This document shows positions 14,394-24,230 of a stretch of DNA of 64,000 nt, piece after piece. This DNA comes from Dehalococcoidia bacterium (GTDB lineage: Bacteria; Chloroflexota; Dehalococcoidia; Lucifugimonadales; QGNO01): positions 5,408 to 69,407 of the forward strand of contig CBDCQF010000006.1 in NCBI GenBank assembly GCA_965220545.1. Reading direction: 5' to 3'. Position 1 is the stretch's first letter; the number at the start of each line of letters is the position of its first letter. A model generated the notes under the pieces. That model was not told the DNA's origin. It saw only the letters and a list, made by a program, of their open reading frames with translations, and made no database searches. The position numbers and the translations under genes are program-made.

Positions 14394-14972
14394 ATGACTA
14401 ATACGGACAACGAGTCCCCAATTACTTTATCAACGTCTACCTTGGCGATAGATACTCTTGTAGCATCCTTTGACAGCGATACCTCGTTCAAACAGCTTCT
14501 CAGTGATGCTGACGTTCTAATTGTCCCTACAGATCTTAGCCCAGAATATTCTGGACCCGTGTTTCCTGTCGCAACATCGACACTCTTTCGGTACCTACGA
14601 GAATGCCTCAACGGCCACGGTATTGTAGAGGCTGCCATTAGAGATGACGATTATAGAGAGTTTGAATACCGTTCGGACGACATAATCCTTCCCGTCCTAT
14701 TTGTCGCCAGGGAAGTGTTGCATCCACTAGTGGTTGGCATTCTTGGTTCATATCTCCGTGATCTCTTAGGAGGTCGGGGTTCCAACCAGCCTGCCAGCCG
14801 TGTGAAGAGCGAATTTCATTTCAAAGCCAAGAACGGTGTCCAGTTGTCACTCAAGTATGATGGACCAGCAGACAAGTATGAACAACTCACCTTGCAGAAA
14901 CTCAGTGAACTAGGACTTCTGGGTGAGAAAGAGACTCAGACCGATGAAGATGAAAGAAAAACCCCTTCTTGA
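14394..14972 (+). CDS. Hypothetical protein with a central hydrophobic segment; gene 1 of an AT-richer cassette
   Basis: 192-aa ORF with codon usage unlike its neighbours; overlaps the next ORF. Confidence 0.65.
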   Translation: MTNTDNESPITLSTSTLAIDTLVASFDSDTSFKQLLSDADVLIVPTDLSPEYSGPVFPVATSTLFRYLRECLNGHGIVEAAIRDDDYREFEYRSDDIILPVLFVAREVLHPLVVGILGSYLRDLLGGRGSNQPASRVKSEFHFKAKNGVQLSLKYDGPADKYEQLTLQKLSELGLLGEKETQTDEDERKTPS

Positions 14973-15840
14973 AGCATTCGTTCAGCCAGAGCTTGGTGAA
15001 TTTGTCGATCGCCTTAGGGATTATGAAAGTCGCCCTAACAAACTGTTGCCTGCAACTCATTGGGAGTACCTGTCAGACCTAAAGAACAAGGCGGTCGCTA
15101 TCAACGACCAAGTTACTGCTAAGGCCGTTTGGTGTCTGGAAACCATAGGCCGAGTACAAGACCACTTTGTATCAGTGTTTCTTCATATCGACACGAATAA
15201 ATTCCAAGAGGCCTGGAATCGGCTGGATTCTTGCGAGAATGAGATTTACCTATTAGATAACCACTTCAAAGAGGTCGACGGGGAGTTTGGTATTGAGCAT
15301 GCTCGCAGACATACAAAGCAACTACAAGAGTTATATCCCTACAAATGGGGAGTAAGTCCAGCCATGGTTTATAAAGAAGTGCGCTGCTCCATATGCGATG
15401 CGAAGCTGACCCTACGAACTGGATGCGAGCACCGGGCTGGAGAGATATATGACGGAAAGTACTGTGCAAGACACATAACAGGCATGGAGTTACTTCATAT
15501 TGCCCTAGTGGACAATCCCGTCCAGAAATTCTCCGTCATCTTCCCCAATGGCAACGACGATCAGCAATTCACTATAATCAAGTACCTTGGAGACGCGCTA
15601 AGTTCGCCTTGGGATCGCTGGTCATATGACAAGGAAGAACGAAGACAGCATCATCCCTTATTCAAAGGAGTAGGACGCAACGATCCATGTCCATGCGGTA
15701 CAACGCTAAAATATAAAAGATGTTGTCTAACTAAAGAGACGGTTATGCCACACTTTCGGTTTAATCTCGAAAAAGAACCCGCAGGCGAACTACAGAGAAT
15801 TGTAGTCGTTAGCTCAGTTAAGGAGACTGAGAGCCATTAA
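14944..15840 (+). CDS. SEC-C motif protein with an internal CSIC..CEH..C zinc-knuckle segment
   Basis: GVGRNDPCPCGTTLKYKRCC (SEC-C); CSICDAKLTLRTGCEHRAGEIYDGKYC; start uncertain (14923/14944/14950). Confidence 0.8.
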   Translation: MKMKEKPLLEAFVQPELGEFVDRLRDYESRPNKLLPATHWEYLSDLKNKAVAINDQVTAKAVWCLETIGRVQDHFVSVFLHIDTNKFQEAWNRLDSCENEIYLLDNHFKEVDGEFGIEHARRHTKQLQELYPYKWGVSPAMVYKEVRCSICDAKLTLRTGCEHRAGEIYDGKYCARHITGMELLHIALVDNPVQKFSVIFPNGNDDQQFTIIKYLGDALSSPWDRWSYDKEERRQHHPLFKGVGRNDPCPCGTTLKYKRCCLTKETVMPHFRFNLEKEPAGELQRIVVVSSVKETESH

Positions 15841-15919
15841 GGGCGTACACGGCCAGGGCAAGTGGAAGCCCCTGACTAGTTTCCGTTCTTGTGGATTGTC
15901 ATAAGCCCACGCCCACCGA

Positions 15920-15948
15920 TTGACACACTCCTACCTCATCAATAAAAT
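15920..15948 (+). promoter_or_regulatory. Sigma70 promoter for rplU-rpmA-rpmE
   Basis: TTGACA-17 nt-TAAAAT. Confidence 0.7.
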
Positions 15949-15969
15949 CTAATAGTTTGGGAGATGTAA

Positions 15970-16356
15970 ATGATGGATTATGCTGTTGTAAGAACAGGCG
16001 GTAAACAGTACCGCGTAAGCGCCGGAGACCTCATAGACGTGGAGAAGCTCCCCGCGGAAGAGGGCTCCGCCGTTGAGTTGTCGGATGTCTTGCTCCTTTC
16101 CCAGGACGGAAAGGTGACCGTGGGAACTCCTCTCGTATCGGGGGCAAAGGTGCTCGGCGACGTGGAGGAGCAGCGGAAGGCCGACAAGCTCACCGTGTTC
16201 AAGTTCAAGTCCAAGACGCGGCAAGGCGTCAAGACCGGACACCGGCAGCAGCACACCAGGCTTCGCATCAGAGAGATCGTTTCCGGCGAGGCCAAACCGG
16301 CGCGCCGCAGACGCAGGACAAAGAAAGCGGCGGAGGAGACAAGCAATGGCTCATAA
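15970..16356 (+). CDS. rplU: 50S ribosomal protein L21
   Basis: [13 protein letters not shown]...[11 protein letters not shown]. Confidence 0.95.
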   Translation: MMDYAVVRTGGKQYRVSAGDLIDVEKLPAEEGSAVELSDVLLLSQDGKVTVGTPLVSGAKVLGDVEEQRKADKLTVFKFKSKTRQGVKTGHRQQHTRLRIREIVSGEAKPARRRRRTKKAAEETSNGS

Positions 16357-16612
16357 GAAAGGCTCAGGCACCAGCCGCAACGGGCGTGACAGCAACAGCA
16401 AGAGCCTCGGCGTAAAGAGGTTTGGCGGCGCTGCCGTATCCGCCGGAAGCATACTGGTGAGGCAGCGCGGCACAAAGATCAGGCCCGGCTTGAACGTTGG
16501 CATGGGCAAGGACTACACCCTGTTCGCAAAAGTGGACGGGCAGGTCAGGTTCGATCACGCGACGAAGGAGCGCAAGCGCGTCAACGTAGACCCCGTGGCT
16601 ACAGGAGACTAA
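16346..16612 (+). CDS. rpmA: 50S ribosomal protein L27
   Basis: [24 protein letters not shown]. Confidence 0.97.
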   Translation: MAHKKGSGTSRNGRDSNSKSLGVKRFGGAAVSAGSILVRQRGTKIRPGLNVGMGKDYTLFAKVDGQVRFDHATKERKRVNVDPVATGD

Positions 16613-16613
16613 G

Positions 16614-16817
16614 GTGAAGACAGCAATACATCCGCAATACTTCCAAGACGCCGTGGTGACCTGCTCCTGCGGCAACACCTTTACCACCGGTTCCACCAAG
16701 AAGGACCTGAAGATAGAGGTGTGCAGCAAGTGCCACCCGTTCTTCACCGGCGAGCAGCGCATCGTAGACACTGAAGGCCGCGTGGATAGATTGAAGAAAC
16801 GGTACGGCCTGCAGTAG
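16614..16817 (+). CDS. rpmE: 50S ribosomal protein L31, zinc-binding type
   Basis: [24 protein letters not shown]. Confidence 0.96.
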   Translation: MKTAIHPQYFQDAVVTCSCGNTFTTGSTKKDLKIEVCSKCHPFFTGEQRIVDTEGRVDRLKKRYGLQ

Positions 16818-16836
16818 AAAAAGGCAGTCTAAGGAA

Positions 16837-16869
16837 TGCAAAGGGGCGGTACTCTACCGCCCCTTTGTA
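16837..16869 (+). terminator. Strong hairpin after rpmE, probable intrinsic terminator
   Basis: CAAAGGGGCGGTA-CTC-TACCGCCCCTTTG. Confidence 0.7.
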
Positions 16870-16881
16870 GCTTGGAGCCCA

Positions 16882-17859
16882 ATGACCTCCACAGATCCGT
16901 CAAAACCCAACACCTCCTCCGATTTCGCCGCGCCCTATCTATACGGCGGACAGGCCGTAATTGAGGGAGTGATGATCCGGGGTCGGCGCTTCGCCTGTGT
17001 CGCGGCGCGGCGGCCCAACGGCGAGTTGACCCATAGAGTCACCCCGTTGAGCACTATGTTCACCGGCAAAATCAGGCGCTTCCCGCTGCTGCGCGGCGTG
17101 CTGATCCTTGCCGAGACCCTGACCCTTGGCATGAAGGCCCTGGCCTATTCCACCAATGTACAGCTTGAGGAAGAGGGCCAAGAGCTTGGCGGCTGGAGCC
17201 TGGCGTTCATGCTTACCGTTTCGCTGGGTCTGGCCATAGGGCTGTTCTTCCTGCTTCCCCTCTTCGCCAGCATCCTATTCGAGCGATTCGTAGATTCACA
17301 TATCCTGAGCAACCTGGTTGAAGGAGTCGTCAGGCTTGCCGTGTTCCTGGCGTACGTGTGGATTGTGGGCTTGATACCGGACATAAGGCGGGTCTTCGCT
17401 TATCACGGCGCGGAGCACATGACGGTCAAAGCCTACGAGGCCGGAGACCCGCTGGAGGTGCAGAATGTACGGAAGTACAGCACGGCGCATCCCAGGTGCG
17501 GCACGGCGTTCCTGCTTACCGTCATGGTCGTCGCCGTGATCGTCTTTGTCTGGCTGGGGAGGCCGTCGCTGCCCTGGCTGGTGACCTCGCGGTTGGTGCT
17601 CATCCCCCTGATCGCGGCGCTGGCCTATGAGACCATCCGCTTCAGCGCGTCGCATCAGAAGAACCTGCTGGTGAGGATGATCACCGTGCCCAACCTGGCT
17701 CTGCAGATGTTGACCACCCGCCAGCCGCAGGACGACCAGATAGAAGTAGCCATCCACGCCATGGAAACGGCGCTGGCCGCGGACAGGGGTGAGGAGACCG
17801 AAGCTAACCTTGATTCGCCGGTGGATGACCAGGCGTTAGATCCGGAAACGCCCGCTTAG
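16882..17859 (+). CDS. DUF1385 membrane protein
   Basis: YGGQAVIEGVM, YHGAEH and HPRCGTAF motifs; usual neighbour of rpmE. Confidence 0.9.
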   Translation: MTSTDPSKPNTSSDFAAPYLYGGQAVIEGVMIRGRRFACVAARRPNGELTHRVTPLSTMFTGKIRRFPLLRGVLILAETLTLGMKALAYSTNVQLEEEGQELGGWSLAFMLTVSLGLAIGLFFLLPLFASILFERFVDSHILSNLVEGVVRLAVFLAYVWIVGLIPDIRRVFAYHGAEHMTVKAYEAGDPLEVQNVRKYSTAHPRCGTAFLLTVMVVAVIVFVWLGRPSLPWLVTSRLVLIPLIAALAYETIRFSASHQKNLLVRMITVPNLALQMLTTRQPQDDQIEVAIHAMETALAADRGEETEANLDSPVDDQALDPETPA

Positions 17860-17897
17860 CTCCTGCCACACGGTTTCTGGCATCAAGGCTCCGACCC

Positions 17898-20555
17898 CTA
17901 GCAGTTTACAATGCCAGACCTGTTCTCTACGCCCTGCAGCCACGCCCGGAACTCGTCGTTCAAGGGAGCGCACAGTCCAGTGCCATCCAGCCTCAGAGTT
18001 GTGAGCGAAGTCAGGCCGGTGAACGATCCGGGCAAGGGTCCGGAAAGGTTAGAGTTGCCGCTGAGGTACAGCCATTCCAGGTTGGAGATTCTGGCCAGTT
18101 CCACAGGTATTGGCCCGCTCAACTCGTTGCTGTTGAGAATCAGCTTTTGCAGATTTGCAAGGTTGCCCAGTTCCGCGGGTATCTGTCCACTCAACTGGTT
18201 GCTGCCGAGCCACAGACTTAGCAGGTTGGAGAGGTTGCCCAGCTCGGTAGGTATCGGCCCGCTCAACTGGTTGTTGTAGAGGTAGAGATATTGCAGGTTG
18301 GAGAGGTTGCCCAGCTCGGGAGGTATCGCTCCACTCAAACGGTTATAGACGAGATTCATTTCCTTTAGGTTGGAGATTCTGGCCAGTTCCACAGGTATTG
18401 GCCCGCTCAACTCGTTGCCGCCGAGCTCCAGTATCTCCAAGTTTGCAAGGTTGCCCAGTTCCGCGGGTATCTGTCCACTCAACTGGTTGCTGCTGAGCTG
18501 CAGACTTAGCAGGTTGGAGAGGTTGCCCAGCTCGGTAGGTATCGGCCCGCTCAACTGGTTGTTGTAGAGGTAGAGATATTGCAGGTTTGCAAGGTTGCCC
18601 AGCTCGGTAGGTATCGGCCCGCTCAACTCGTTGTTTCTAAGGGACAACCATTGCAGGTTTGCAAGGTTGCCCAGCTCGGTAGGTATCGGCCCGCTCAACT
18701 GGTTGTTGTAGAGGTAGAGATATTGCAGGTTTGCAAGGTTGCCCAGCTCGGTAGGTATCGGCCCGCTCAACTGGTTGTTGTTAAGGGACAACGATTGCAG
18801 GTTGGAGAGACTTGCCAGTTGCACAGGTATCGGCCCGCTCACCTCCATGTTGAAGCCGAGGTGCAGCCGTTCTAGGTTGGATAGGTTGCCCAGTTCCGTC
18901 GGTATCATCCCACTCAACTGGTTGCGGTCTAGATCCAGTTCCTGCAGTTCGGAGAGGCTGGCCAACTCCACAGGTATCGGCCCGCTCAACAGGTTGTCGC
19001 CGAGGTCTAGATCTTTCAGTTTGGAGAGGCTGGCCAACTCCACAGGTATTGGACCAGTTAACTGGTTCTCGTCGAGCTGCAGACTCAGCAGGTTGGATAG
19101 GTTGCCCAGTTCGGCAGGTATCTCTCCCCTCAACAGGTTGTTGCTGAGGTCTAGATCTTCCAGTTTGGAGAAGCTGGCCAACTCCGCAGGTATTGGACCA
19201 GTTAACAGGTTCTCGTCGAGCAGCAGACTCAGCAGGTTGGATAGGTTCCCCAGTTCGGTAGGTATCTCTCCCCTCACCTGGTTGTTGTTGAGGTGCAACT
19301 GGGTGACGCGTCCGTCGCCGTCGGTGGTAACGCCGTACCATTCGCCAATGGGTCTATCGCTTAGCCAGTTGCTGTTGTTGGCCCAGTTCGGACCGTCCGT
19401 GGCTTCGTACAATGCCACCAGCGCGGCACGGTCAGGTTCCACGCAGTTTACAACGTCAGACTTGTTCTCTACGCTCTTTAGCCATCCTTGGAATTCGCCA
19501 TACGTGGGCGCGCACAGTCCAGTGCCGTCCAGCCTCAGATTTGTGAGCGAAGTCAGGCCGGTGAGCGACCCGGGCAAGGGTCCGGAAAGGGTAGAGTTGC
19601 CGCTAAAGTCTAGCCGTTCCAGGTCGTCCAGGCTGCCCAGTTCGGCCGGTACCGGCCCACTCAACTGGTTGCTTTGGAGAATCAGTTCTTGCAAGTTGGT
19701 GAGGTTGCCCAGTTCGGCAGGTATCGGCCCGTTCAACTGGTTGCCGTAGAGATACAGTGTTTGCAGGTTGGATAGGCTGCCCAGTTCGGCAGGTATCGAT
19801 CCGCTCAAGTCGCTATCGAAGAGGACCAGACCCTGCAGGTTGGATAGGTTGCCCAGTTCGGCAGGTATCGGCCCACTCAACTGGCTGCCACCAAGCCATA
19901 GTACCTCCAGGTTGGGCAGGCTAGCCAGTTCGGCAGGTATCACCCCGCTCAACTCGTTGTCAAAGAGAATCAATATCTCCAGGTTGTCTAGGCTGCCCAG
20001 TTCCGCCGGTATCGGTCCGCTCAACTCGTTATAGGAGAGGTGCAGTATCTCCAGGTTGGGTAGGCTGCCCAGTTCCGTAGGTATCGGCCCGTTCAACTGG
20101 TTGCCGGAGAGCTCCAGCCTGATGACGCGTCCGTCGCTGTCGGTGGTGACACCGTACCATTGGCCAAGGGGACTATCGCTTAGCCAGTTGCTGTTGTTGG
20201 CCCAGTTCGGGCCGTTGGTGGATTCGTACAATGCCACCAGCGGAGTGCGGTCGATAGCGGTAGGGGTGGGTGTTGGTGGCACGGGTGTCGGCGTGGGTGT
20301 TGGCGTGGGTGTTGGCGGTACGGGTGTCGGGGTAGCCGTAAGCGTGGGAGCGAGAATGAGCGTCGCGGTTGGGGTCGGGGAGGGCACCATAGCCGTCGGC
20401 TGTGGGATGGCGGTGGGTGTCGGAGTCGGTGGCCTGTTCTCGCAGGCAATCGACAAGACAATCGCCAGCATCCCCACAAGCAACAGAAAACCTATCTGTG
20501 GAACGGGCCTCCGGTGCATCATAGGCCGTAGTCTCTCCTGCCTCCTAGCCTCCAA
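17898..20555 (-). CDS. Lipoprotein with Pro/Thr linker and two capped blocks of plant-type 24-aa leucine-rich repeats
   Basis: Lipobox-like VLSIAC, PTPTPT stalk, two N-caps (LVALYExTxGPNWANNSNWLSD..WYGVTTD), repeats LxxLxLxxNQLSGPIPxELGNL, two Cys C-caps; start uncertain. Confidence 0.9.
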   Translation of the reverse strand: MEARRQERLRPMMHRRPVPQIGFLLLVGMLAIVLSIACENRPPTPTPTAIPQPTAMVPSPTPTATLILAPTLTATPTPVPPTPTPTPTPTPVPPTPTPTAIDRTPLVALYESTNGPNWANNSNWLSDSPLGQWYGVTTDSDGRVIRLELSGNQLNGPIPTELGSLPNLEILHLSYNELSGPIPAELGSLDNLEILILFDNELSGVIPAELASLPNLEVLWLGGSQLSGPIPAELGNLSNLQGLVLFDSDLSGSIPAELGSLSNLQTLYLYGNQLNGPIPAELGNLTNLQELILQSNQLSGPVPAELGSLDDLERLDFSGNSTLSGPLPGSLTGLTSLTNLRLDGTGLCAPTYGEFQGWLKSVENKSDVVNCVEPDRAALVALYEATDGPNWANNSNWLSDRPIGEWYGVTTDGDGRVTQLHLNNNQVRGEIPTELGNLSNLLSLLLDENLLTGPIPAELASFSKLEDLDLSNNLLRGEIPAELGNLSNLLSLQLDENQLTGPIPVELASLSKLKDLDLGDNLLSGPIPVELASLSELQELDLDRNQLSGMIPTELGNLSNLERLHLGFNMEVSGPIPVQLASLSNLQSLSLNNNQLSGPIPTELGNLANLQYLYLYNNQLSGPIPTELGNLANLQWLSLRNNELSGPIPTELGNLANLQYLYLYNNQLSGPIPTELGNLSNLLSLQLSSNQLSGQIPAELGNLANLEILELGGNELSGPIPVELARISNLKEMNLVYNRLSGAIPPELGNLSNLQYLYLYNNQLSGPIPTELGNLSNLLSLWLGSNQLSGQIPAELGNLANLQKLILNSNELSGPIPVELARISNLEWLYLSGNSNLSGPLPGSFTGLTSLTTLRLDGTGLCAPLNDEFRAWLQGVENRSGIVNC
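18079..19277. repeat. Intragenic 72-bp tandem repeat array with near-identical 144-bp and 288-bp higher-order duplications
   Basis: TTGCCCAGCTCGGTAGGTATCGGCCCGCTCAACT recurs at about 18235, 18523, 18595, 18667 and 18739. Confidence 0.85.
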
Positions 20556-20653
20556 ACCATGTTAGCTAAGCGATATGATTGTTGGCAACCAGCATAGTGG
20601 AGCATGATGCCGTAGTCGGTTGGTGGGATGGCAGGACATAACGCCAGGCGGCG

Positions 20654-21274
20654 TTAGCCCCGCCTGGCACGCAGCTCTGCCCACACCGCTTCCGGCGATG
20701 AGCCTGTCGTGGCAAGCAATACCAGGCTGTGGTAAAGCAAATCGGCCACTTCACGGGTGACCTGGTCGGTGTCGTTTTGGGCAGCGGCAATAGCCGATTC
20801 GCCGGCCTCCTCCACAACCTTCTGCCCGGCGCGGCCTGGGCCGCCCCTGAGCAGCTCCGTAGTGTAGCTGCCTTCCGGCATCTCCTTCTTCCTCTGCTGT
20901 ATAACCGCGAACAGCTCCTCCAGGATGCCGGAACCCTTCTCAGGCCGTTCCACTTCGGGTTGACTCTCCTCCATCGTGGTAAAGAAGCAGCTGACGTTCC
21001 CGGTGTGGCAGGTCGGGCCGTCGGGTTCCACCTGGAACAGCAGGGTATCGCCGTCGCAGTCTTGAAAGGTTTTCTTCACGTGGAGGAAATTCCCTGACAT
21101 CTCACCCTTGTGCCAGAGGTCTTCCCTGCTGCGGCTGTAGAACTCCACGTTGCCGCCTTCCATCGTTCGCCTTAAAGACCCCTGGCTGATGTATCCCAGC
21201 ATCAGTACTTCTTTGGTCTCGACGTTTTGGACAACGGCCGGGATGAGGCCTTGCTGGTCCAGCTTGAGTGTCAT
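20654..21274 (-). CDS. hisIE: Bifunctional phosphoribosyl-AMP cyclohydrolase / phosphoribosyl-ATP pyrophosphatase
   Basis: DCDGDTLL, CHTGNVSCF, KVVEEAGE, EVADLLYH. Confidence 0.95.
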   Translation of the reverse strand: MTLKLDQQGLIPAVVQNVETKEVLMLGYISQGSLRRTMEGGNVEFYSRSREDLWHKGEMSGNFLHVKKTFQDCDGDTLLFQVEPDGPTCHTGNVSCFFTTMEESQPEVERPEKGSGILEELFAVIQQRKKEMPEGSYTTELLRGGPGRAGQKVVEEAGESAIAAAQNDTDQVTREVADLLYHSLVLLATTGSSPEAVWAELRARRG

Positions 21275-21287
21275 AATTTCACCTCGG

Positions 21288-22001
21288 TCATATGTTTAGA
21301 ATTCTGAGCAGACCACTGAGGTCGGCTATCTCGTAGTCCGGCGATGGCAGGGCGGGGTCCAGCGGCGCCCCGCTGCGATTCAGCCAGGCGCTCTGCATGC
21401 CGATATTCTTCGCGCCGTACACGTCGTCTAGCTGAGTATCGCCCACGTACAGGCAAGCTTCCGCCGGCAGGTCAAGCTCTTCCAGTACAAGAAGAAAAGG
21501 CCCAGGCAGCGGTTTGTACGCTTTTGCGCCCTCCGACGTGACCGTGCTGTCAAAGCAAAGTCGGTGGTTCTCCAGCAAAGGGAAGAGAGCATCGTCATCC
21601 GTGTTGGAGAGCAGGCCAAGCTTGAACCTGCCCGTATTGCGGAGCGTCGTCATCACCTGCTTCGTCTCGGGGAAAAGCCTGCGGAAACCCTGATCGAGGA
21701 CGGCCCTGCCTGCGGCGGCATCCGCGTCGCCCTGTCCCAACTGGCGAAACACCGCTTCGAAGGTATCTTTCCAAGCTTGGCGATAGCTTTTGAACGGAGG
21801 CGGCTTGCCCTCGGCGTCCGGCTGGAGCCTGTCCTTGCGGAACTGCATCTCGATAGGTTTCCAGCGGTCCCAGAGCTCCTGGCCGGAAAGGGGAAGACCC
21901 TGATCGCGACATATATCTTGGAAAGTGGCTATCCACAGAGAGGGTGTGTTGGCCACAAGCGTCTCGTACATATCAAAGACGACGGCGCGTATGACGGTCA
22001 T
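21288..22001 (-). CDS. HAD-superfamily hydrolase
   Basis: [15 protein letters not shown] (motif I), [22 protein letters not shown]; ATG overlaps the hisF stop. Confidence 0.88.
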   Translation of the reverse strand: MTVIRAVVFDMYETLVANTPSLWIATFQDICRDQGLPLSGQELWDRWKPIEMQFRKDRLQPDAEGKPPPFKSYRQAWKDTFEAVFRQLGQGDADAAAGRAVLDQGFRRLFPETKQVMTTLRNTGRFKLGLLSNTDDDALFPLLENHRLCFDSTVTSEGAKAYKPLPGPFLLVLEELDLPAEACLYVGDTQLDDVYGAKNIGMQSAWLNRSGAPLDPALPSPDYEIADLSGLLRILNI

Positions 22002-22780
22002 GGCGTGCCACGGCGGACAGGCACGCTGTGCTGCTCCAGGTACTCCTTGGCCTGGGATATGGAGTATTCGCCGAAGTGGAAGATGCTGGCTGCCAGCACC
22101 GCGTCGGCGTGACCCTCCGCCACGGCTTGGTGCAGGTGCTCCAGGGTGCCCGCTCCGCCGCTGGCCACCACCGGAACGGACACGGAATCCGAAATTGAGC
22201 GGAGAAGCTCCAGGTCGTAGCCTCCCTTCGTGCCGTCGGCATCTATGCTGTTGACCACTATCTCTCCTGCCCCCAACTGAACGGCGGTATTGGCCCACTC
22301 CAAAGCGTCCAGGCCGCTGGCGCGCCCTCCGTCCGCTCCCGTGTGGGTGTAGACCTCCCATCTGGTGGGGTCGTCGGAGACGCGCTTTGCGTCCATGCCG
22401 AGTACGATGCACTGGCTGCCGAATGCCTCCGCGCCTTGGCGGATGAGATCTGGGTTCCCCACTGCGGCGGTGTTTATGGAAACCTTGTCGGCGCCGGCCT
22501 TGAGCATGCGGTTCATGTCCTCTACGGTGCGCAGTCCGCCGCCGACGGTTAGCGGGATGAACAGCTTCTCAGCGGTACGGCTCACCACGTCCAGCATGAT
22601 GCCGCGCTCCTCCGCGGACGCGGTAATGTCGTAGAAGACAAGCTCGTCGGCGCCTTGACTGTCGTAGAACTCGGCCAGTTCAACGGGGTCTCCCGCGTCG
22701 CGATGGTCTTTGAATTTGACCCCTTTCACCACGCGTCCCGCTTTCACGTCTAGGCATGGAATAATCCGTTTGGTGAGCAT
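21998..22780 (-). CDS. hisF: Imidazole glycerol phosphate synthase cyclase subunit
   Basis: [39 protein letters not shown]. Confidence 0.97.
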   Translation of the reverse strand: MLTKRIIPCLDVKAGRVVKGVKFKDHRDAGDPVELAEFYDSQGADELVFYDITASAEERGIMLDVVSRTAEKLFIPLTVGGGLRTVEDMNRMLKAGADKVSINTAAVGNPDLIRQGAEAFGSQCIVLGMDAKRVSDDPTRWEVYTHTGADGGRASGLDALEWANTAVQLGAGEIVVNSIDADGTKGGYDLELLRSISDSVSVPVVASGGAGTLEHLHQAVAEGHADAVLAASIFHFGEYSISQAKEYLEQHSVPVRRGTP

Positions 22781-22784
22781 GCCT

Positions 22785-23510
22785 CTATCCTGCTCCCTGG
22801 AACAGGCTTACCGCCTCTCTCAAGTCCATCTTGCCCTGGTATAGAGCCTGGCCTATGATCACGCCCTCTACGCCCGTTTCCGATAGGGCAAGGAGGTCTT
22901 GCATGGAGCCGATGCCTCCTGAGCCAATGATAGGAGCGGCAACTTCTTTCATCAAAGCCGCCACCGATCCCAGGTTGGGGCCTGCCAGCGTGCCGTCGGT
23001 TTCAATATCGGTGTAGATGAAGCGGTTCACTCCCAGGCTCACCATGGACTTCATCAGGTCAACGGCCTCATTTGTCTCCGTGTGCTGCCAGCCCTGGACC
23101 GCAACTTTACCGTTTCTGGCGTCGACGCCCACCACCACGGATTCGGAGCCTAGCTTGGCGCAGGCGGTCTCTATCAGGTCGGGGTCCCTTACGGCGGCGG
23201 TGCCAAAGACAACGCGCGATGCGCCCATTTCCAGCAGGTCTTCTGCCGTTTCCATGGAACGGATGCCCCCGCCGACTTGCACAGGCACCCGCACTGCTCT
23301 CAGGACGGCCTCAATAGCCCCCTTGTTCACCAGGTGGCCATCACGAGCGCCTTCCAGATCGACAACGTGGAGCCGGGCCACTCCCGCGTTCTGCCACTCG
23401 ACGGCCACGGACACCGGATCGCGGGAGTAGACCGTCTCGCGGCTGAAGTCGCCCTGGTAAAGCCTGACGACCTGCCCTCCACGCAAGTCTATGGCGGGAA
23501 TAACCTCCAC
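22785..23510 (-). CDS. hisA: ProFAR isomerase
   Basis: [37 protein letters not shown]; GTG start overlaps the hisH stop. Confidence 0.95.
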   Translation of the reverse strand: MEVIPAIDLRGGQVVRLYQGDFSRETVYSRDPVSVAVEWQNAGVARLHVVDLEGARDGHLVNKGAIEAVLRAVRVPVQVGGGIRSMETAEDLLEMGASRVVFGTAAVRDPDLIETACAKLGSESVVVGVDARNGKVAVQGWQHTETNEAVDLMKSMVSLGVNRFIYTDIETDGTLAGPNLGSVAALMKEVAAPIIGSGGIGSMQDLLALSETGVEGVIIGQALYQGKMDLREAVSLFQGAG

Positions 23511-24139
23511 TAGACCCGGTACCCTTCCATCACCATGAGACGCACGAAGTTGTCGTACACTTTGAGGCCGGTTGCTCCGCTTTTCTCCGGGTGGAACTGG
23601 CTGGCGATAAGGTTCCCCCTGGCCAGCACGCTGCAGAAGGCTAGGCCGTATTCGGTTACCCCTTTGACCAGTGATTCGTCTTCCGGGTCGGCGTAGTAGC
23701 TGTGCACGAAGTAGAAGTTGGAACCGGACGCCACCCCGTGGAACACGGTGTCTTCTCCGCTCAACTCCACCTGGTTCCAGCCCATGTGCGGGACTTTCAG
23801 AGGGGGCGGGATGCGCCTGACCCATCCCGGAACTATGCCCAGGCAGGGGCGGGGGTCTTCGTCGGAGCCGTCCATGAGAAGCTGCAGGCCAAGGCACACG
23901 CCAAAAAACGGAGTGCCCTTGCTGGACACCTCCTTCAGCGGCTCCACCAGGTCGAGCGATTCCAGGGCAGCCATCGCCGAGCCTGAGGAGCCGACTCCGG
24001 GCAGGATAACGCCCTGCGCGGCAAGCACGGTCTTGGGGTCCTGGGTTACCTCGGCCCCAAAGCCAAGGTGCTCGAAAGCCTTGGCCACACTGCGCAAATT
24101 GCCAGCTCCGTAGTCCACTATTGCCAGTCTTGGGTTCAT
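23510..24139 (-). CDS. hisH: Imidazole glycerol phosphate synthase glutamine amidotransferase subunit
   Basis: VDYGAGNLRSV, GVCLGLQLL, VPHMGWN, QFHPEKS. Confidence 0.97.
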   Translation of the reverse strand: MNPRLAIVDYGAGNLRSVAKAFEHLGFGAEVTQDPKTVLAAQGVILPGVGSSGSAMAALESLDLVEPLKEVSSKGTPFFGVCLGLQLLMDGSDEDPRPCLGIVPGWVRRIPPPLKVPHMGWNQVELSGEDTVFHGVASGSNFYFVHSYYADPEDESLVKGVTEYGLAFCSVLARGNLIASQFHPEKSGATGLKVYDNFVRLMVMEGYRV

Positions 24140-24230
24140 GTCTACATTCTACAGCTTTTCAATTCCTTGTGTTGACTAAGACCCCCTATTGAAATACCCT
24201 TAACCAAACAAGCTTGTTGAGGTAAAGCTA

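Noticed and set aside
18079-20110. 72-bp periodic repeats as a CRISPR array
   Set aside because: They are in-frame 24-codon LRR units inside one ORF, with no unique spacers and no cas genes
17898-20555. Diversity-generating retroelement acting on the LRR gene
   Set aside because: No reverse transcriptase in the window, no non-coding template repeat, and differences are not adenine-specific
21288-23897. Extended 374-aa and 370-aa ORFs suggesting fusions to the HAD gene and hisA
   Set aside because: The extensions overlap hisF and hisH in other frames; real starts are at 22001 and 23510
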